Under the pieces are notes generated by a model. That model ran no database searches, had not been told where the DNA came from, and worked only from the letters and a program-made list of their open reading frames with translations. From assembly GCA_977020255.1 (NCBI GenBank), contig CDROCS010000253.1:124001-188000 (forward strand): a DNA stretch of 64,000 bases, read 5' to 3'. This DNA comes from Obrimoposthia wandeli. Lineage: Eukaryota. The first letter of the stretch is position 1. Each line of letters opens with the position of its first letter. Below, in pieces: positions 60,431 through 64,000 of the stretch. Position numbers and translations under genes: made by a program.

Positions 60431-62395
60431 CTAGATCACTTTAGGTATTTTAATGGAAAACTTTATACCTTCATTAACACTACTCGTAACGGTAATCGAA
60501 CCATTCAATCGTTGAGTGACCAAATTATAAACAATATTCAAGCCTAAACCTGTACCTCCATTACTACGTTTTGTTGTATAGAAAGGTTCAAATATTCTCG
60601 GTAATTTATCTTCCGACACTCCAATACCATCATCTTGGTAAGTAAGATAAATGAACTGTTCATCTAAGGTAAAATTAAGAACAATATTATGCGGTTTATT
60701 TTTTTCAAAGGCATGTTTTAGTGAATTCATAACAAAATTGGTCAGTAGCTGTCCAAATGTTCCGGGGTAATTATCAAATTCAAAATTCTCATCACCATAG
60801 ATGCTTACTTGAACTTGATAATATTTTAACTCAGGAAGCAAGCTAGCAATGACCTCATGCATATAATTGTAAAGGTTAAACACTCGCCGGCTCTCATTAC
60901 TTTGATCGACAGAAACCTCTTTAAAAGTTTGAATCAATGAAGCGGCTCGGTTCAAGTTATTATAAATTAAATCACTGCATTCTTTATGATATTTGAGACT
61001 TGCTTCCATACTTGATTTAGTCAGTTTTCCTTGCTGAAAGTCTTTTTCGAGTTGCTCTATTTTATCCATCAGTGCTGTAGCAGCAGTCACGGCAATACCT
61101 ATTGGTGTATTTATTTCATGGGCAACACCAGCAACTAATTGCCCTAGCTGCGACATTTTTTCAGATTCAACTAAATGATTTTGCATTGTTTTTAGCTGAT
61201 TATTAGTTTTTGCGACATCATTATAGGCTAACTGTAAATCATGTGTTCTTTGCTCAACTCTATGCTCTAGTTCTTGATGGTTCAGTTGAATGCGTTTTGC
61301 CATTTCAGCTAATACATTTATAATTTGGTCAATTTCGTTAAAGAAAAGTTCAGGTTTTACCGGGCGTAAATCTCCATTAGCATAAGCACTAACAACTTGT
61401 GATAGTTTACTCAAGGGGCTTAAAATTTTATGAATGATGAAAGCATTTACAACAAGAATAATAATTAATATAAAAATGGTGAGTAAATTAAACTTTTCAA
61501 TAAAGGTATTTACTTTGATTAAAGCATTCGCTTTATCTCGTTCTACATTGGCATGCAATATAAGGTGTTTTTTATTAGGGATAAGCGCTTGTGTTATTTT
61601 ATTACTCGAAAAACTGATCTTATCTATAATAATATTTGTCTTTACTGCAATCACTTCAGCATCGCTGTTAAGATCACGACTAACTAAAGATTCTTCAGCT
61701 AATGATAGGTCAATAAGCTGGCTATTCGATAACTTTGCCTGCCAATTATCAAACACTCTTTCTATCGGTACTAAGCCAACTAAATAGCCAGTATTTAAGG
61801 TTTCTGAATCAGTAAAGATCAGTGGTGATATATAAAGTAAAACATGATCACTAGGCGTTTTTCCTTGATAAATGTCATTATGGATTGACGCTTTATTTCG
61901 TAATGACTGGCTAAGCTGAGGAGATTTCATCATTTTAACAAAATATTGTTGTAACGTTGGCTGCTCTGTAGGTAAATTATCTATTTCAGCAAGCAACGCA
62001 CTCACATCAATAAGCTCTGCCTTACTGGGTGATGCCTCAGCAATCCAGCCTGATTTATCAATTAGCATGACGGCGCTAAATAATGTATTTTGCGACGTTA
62101 ATCTATTCAGTTTTTCTCGTGCTTTTTGACCAAAAACACCAATATACGCGGCTAAAATCACATCAGCATCTTGTGATGTTTGTATTAAGTCACTGCTGAG
62201 TAATTGCAGTTCGAACTCCACCGATTGCGCAACGTTCAAATTTTGTAATTCTAACTTTTCAATTTGTTCATTTATTTGAATGTGCTGAAACTCTCCGATT
62301 AAATAGTTTGAGAAAAAATAAGTAGGTAATAAAGAGAAAATAAATGTCCAAATAAATAACGTTTGACGTAAACCTTTAAAAAACTTAACTAACAT
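60431..62395 (-). CDS. Sensor histidine kinase (periplasmic sensor, HAMP, HisKA, HATPase)
   Basis: Two TMs; ESEKMSQLGQLVAGVAHEINTPIG; N box; DDGIG; FEPFYTTK; GGTGLGL. Confidence 0.93.
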   Translation of the reverse strand: MLVKFFKGLRQTLFIWTFIFSLLPTYFFSNYLIGEFQHIQINEQIEKLELQNLNVAQSVEFELQLLSSDLIQTSQDADVILAAYIGVFGQKAREKLNRLTSQNTLFSAVMLIDKSGWIAEASPSKAELIDVSALLAEIDNLPTEQPTLQQYFVKMMKSPQLSQSLRNKASIHNDIYQGKTPSDHVLLYISPLIFTDSETLNTGYLVGLVPIERVFDNWQAKLSNSQLIDLSLAEESLVSRDLNSDAEVIAVKTNIIIDKISFSSNKITQALIPNKKHLILHANVERDKANALIKVNTFIEKFNLLTIFILIIILVVNAFIIHKILSPLSKLSQVVSAYANGDLRPVKPELFFNEIDQIINVLAEMAKRIQLNHQELEHRVEQRTHDLQLAYNDVAKTNNQLKTMQNHLVESEKMSQLGQLVAGVAHEINTPIGIAVTAATALMDKIEQLEKDFQQGKLTKSSMEASLKYHKECSDLIYNNLNRAASLIQTFKEVSVDQSNESRRVFNLYNYMHEVIASLLPELKYYQVQVSIYGDENFEFDNYPGTFGQLLTNFVMNSLKHAFEKNKPHNIVLNFTLDEQFIYLTYQDDGIGVSEDKLPRIFEPFYTTKRSNGGTGLGLNIVYNLVTQRLNGSITVTSSVNEGIKFSIKIPKVI

Positions 62396-63597
62396 CAGTT
62401 TCGCTTCCTATTCAAGATTATTTGTTCGCGTTCTACTGATTTTTGCATGTACGCTGCCGCTTCTTCAGCACTTAATTCGCCATTCATATAAAGCATAAAA
62501 CCTTTATACATACCATTCCACATTGCGGGAACAGAGGTACTTGCGGGTAAATTAGTACTACGATTAAATTGTTCAAACGAGAATTTTAAATCACTATCTG
62601 CATTAGCTAAAAATTTTCTCATCAGTTCAACATTTACAGGAAATGCATTGCTCTCTTCAAACATAAGCTGTTGATATTTTTCTTGTTGAATAAATAAGCT
62701 AAATTTTATTAACGCGCTACGCTTTAACCCTTGAAGAGAATTTTTAGGAAAGGCTATCACTAAGTTACCTTTCATTGGTTTAAATTCATGACCATGTAAG
62801 GTTGGGAAAGGCGCTAAACCTAAATTATTACCTAGTGCTTTTTTAGCTAATTTATATGCCCAAGATCCCGCCATAGCATAGGCGAATTTACCTTGGTAAA
62901 AATCAGTACTCACGCACTGATAATTACAATGAGGGTCAAACACGCCTATCTCAGCCAAGTATTTGTAATACTTAAGAGCAGACACTGTTGCGGGCGTATC
63001 TATAATTACCTTATCTTCATCTACAGGAAAACGACCAAAAGCATCAATAAAAGGCACAAACCAAAACATCTCATTATAATGAATAGCTACAGGCTTAATG
63101 CCTTTTTCATGTAACTTTTCACTCTCACTTATCAATGTTTCCCAGCTGCTAGCAGGCTTGTCCACTAATGACTTATTGTACATAAACAATAAGTGATTTC
63201 CCTGAAACAGTGGAATGCCAAGAACTTCTTTATTAAATATAGTTTGCTCAATAACAACTGAATTAATTGCCGGACTAATAATATTTTTAGGTACCACAGA
63301 AAACTGCATAACATTGTGGTAACCCAACCAGTCTGATGGCATAAGGATAATATCAGCCGACCTTCGTTGAAAACCAGATAAAATGATAGACTCTTTCATT
63401 TCTTCGTGGGCAAAAGCAAGAATTTTAAGCTCTACATTTTCATTATTAGCATTAAAGTCTTGCTTTATTTTCTGCCAAAGAGAATTACTTTCAACCCAAC
63501 TATGCCATAAGACAAGCTCAGTTTTAGCCTGTAAAGCACTAGCAAAAAACAGTACAAACAGAAAAGATAAAATAGATTTAAATCGCTTAAATTTCAT
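62395..63597 (-). CDS. Extracellular solute-binding protein, maltose-binding (MalE) cluster-like
   Basis: Signal peptide; LVLWH, MYNKSLV..P..SWE.L, GK.AY...G.WA...; TGATG stop/start overlap with the kinase. Confidence 0.85.
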   Translation of the reverse strand: MKFKRFKSILSFLFVLFFASALQAKTELVLWHSWVESNSLWQKIKQDFNANNENVELKILAFAHEEMKESIILSGFQRRSADIILMPSDWLGYHNVMQFSVVPKNIISPAINSVVIEQTIFNKEVLGIPLFQGNHLLFMYNKSLVDKPASSWETLISESEKLHEKGIKPVAIHYNEMFWFVPFIDAFGRFPVDEDKVIIDTPATVSALKYYKYLAEIGVFDPHCNYQCVSTDFYQGKFAYAMAGSWAYKLAKKALGNNLGLAPFPTLHGHEFKPMKGNLVIAFPKNSLQGLKRSALIKFSLFIQQEKYQQLMFEESNAFPVNVELMRKFLANADSDLKFSFEQFNRSTNLPASTSVPAMWNGMYKGFMLYMNGELSAEEAAAYMQKSVEREQIILNRKRN

Positions 63598-64000
63598 TAA
63601 TACGTTACCCGTTCTAGTCGCTTTATTTTCTCTAATTCATGCGCTATTTGTACCTGAATAAAAGAAACTGCTTGTTCTGCCGTTATTTCCTCAGCTAAAA
63701 ACAATTCAACACCTAGCGCCATTCCTGGCCACACCGCTGACATTGCAGATGAGGCTGGCATAGCAACCGTATTATTAAGTAATTTCATCACCATTTTTTG
63801 ATTTTCATTGCCTTGCTGCTGCAATATTTTTAACAAATCACTATCAACAGGAATAAGACCATTTCTTTCATATGATTTTCGCTGAACGTGCTTACTTTGC
63901 AAATAATTTGAAAAGGTAAAAATGGCCTGTGATTTTTCGCTGTGTAGTGAATTATTAGGAAAAGCTAATACGGTAGTTGATCTCATAGACTTTAAAGGTA
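63597..64000 (-). CDS. 3' part of a second, paralogous solute-binding protein (open to the right edge)
   Basis: Frame is open to 64000; VLAFPNNSL...MPASSAMSAVW.GM..G..L....ITAEQA aligns by eye to the C-terminus of 62395-63597; TAATG overlap. Confidence 0.8.
   Translation of the reverse strand, partial: PLKSMRSTTVLAFPNNSLHSEKSQAIFTFSNYLQSKHVQRKSYERNGLIPVDSDLLKILQQQGNENQKMVMKLLNNTVAMPASSAMSAVWPGMALGVELFLAEEITAEQAVSFIQVQIAHELEKIKRLERVTY

Overview
AT-rich gammaproteobacterial chromosome segment. Gene content and order suggest Alteromonadales, probably Colwellia-like (inference; no search run). From left to right: glnE; a two-operon PspA/YjfJ-type envelope-stress locus (lipoprotein, DUF350, membrane spermidine synthase; YjfI, PspA, YjfK, tandem ribbon-helix-helix protein); lpp and an L,D-transpeptidase, with an IS4-family element inserted in their shared terminator; CYTH (ygiF-like) and SH3 (ygiM-like) genes; two surface-glycan transferases and wzi; leuABCD with a leader-peptide attenuator; a sigma54-type vWA/PEP-CTERM gene; an ExeA-ExeB fusion; a Fur-boxed TonB-dependent receptor; cca; alkB-like; a cytochrome cd1 nitrite reductase cluster (nirT-nirB-like fusion, nirS, membrane hemerythrin, nirC-F-DL-G-H-J-E-N); several singleton genes; a RecQ-family helicase; an amidohydrolase-LytS-LytTR module; selO with a frameshifted GST-like remnant; and a tandem solute-binding-protein/histidine-kinase operon that runs off the right edge. 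The best candidate for an undescribed system is the PspA-like locus: a 13-bp palindromic operator (GACATAATATGTC) occurs three times at the promoters of its two operons, and a tandem RHH protein is the candidate regulator. At least three short interspersed repeat families (MITE/REP-like) are present. No rRNA, tRNA or CRISPR array was seen.
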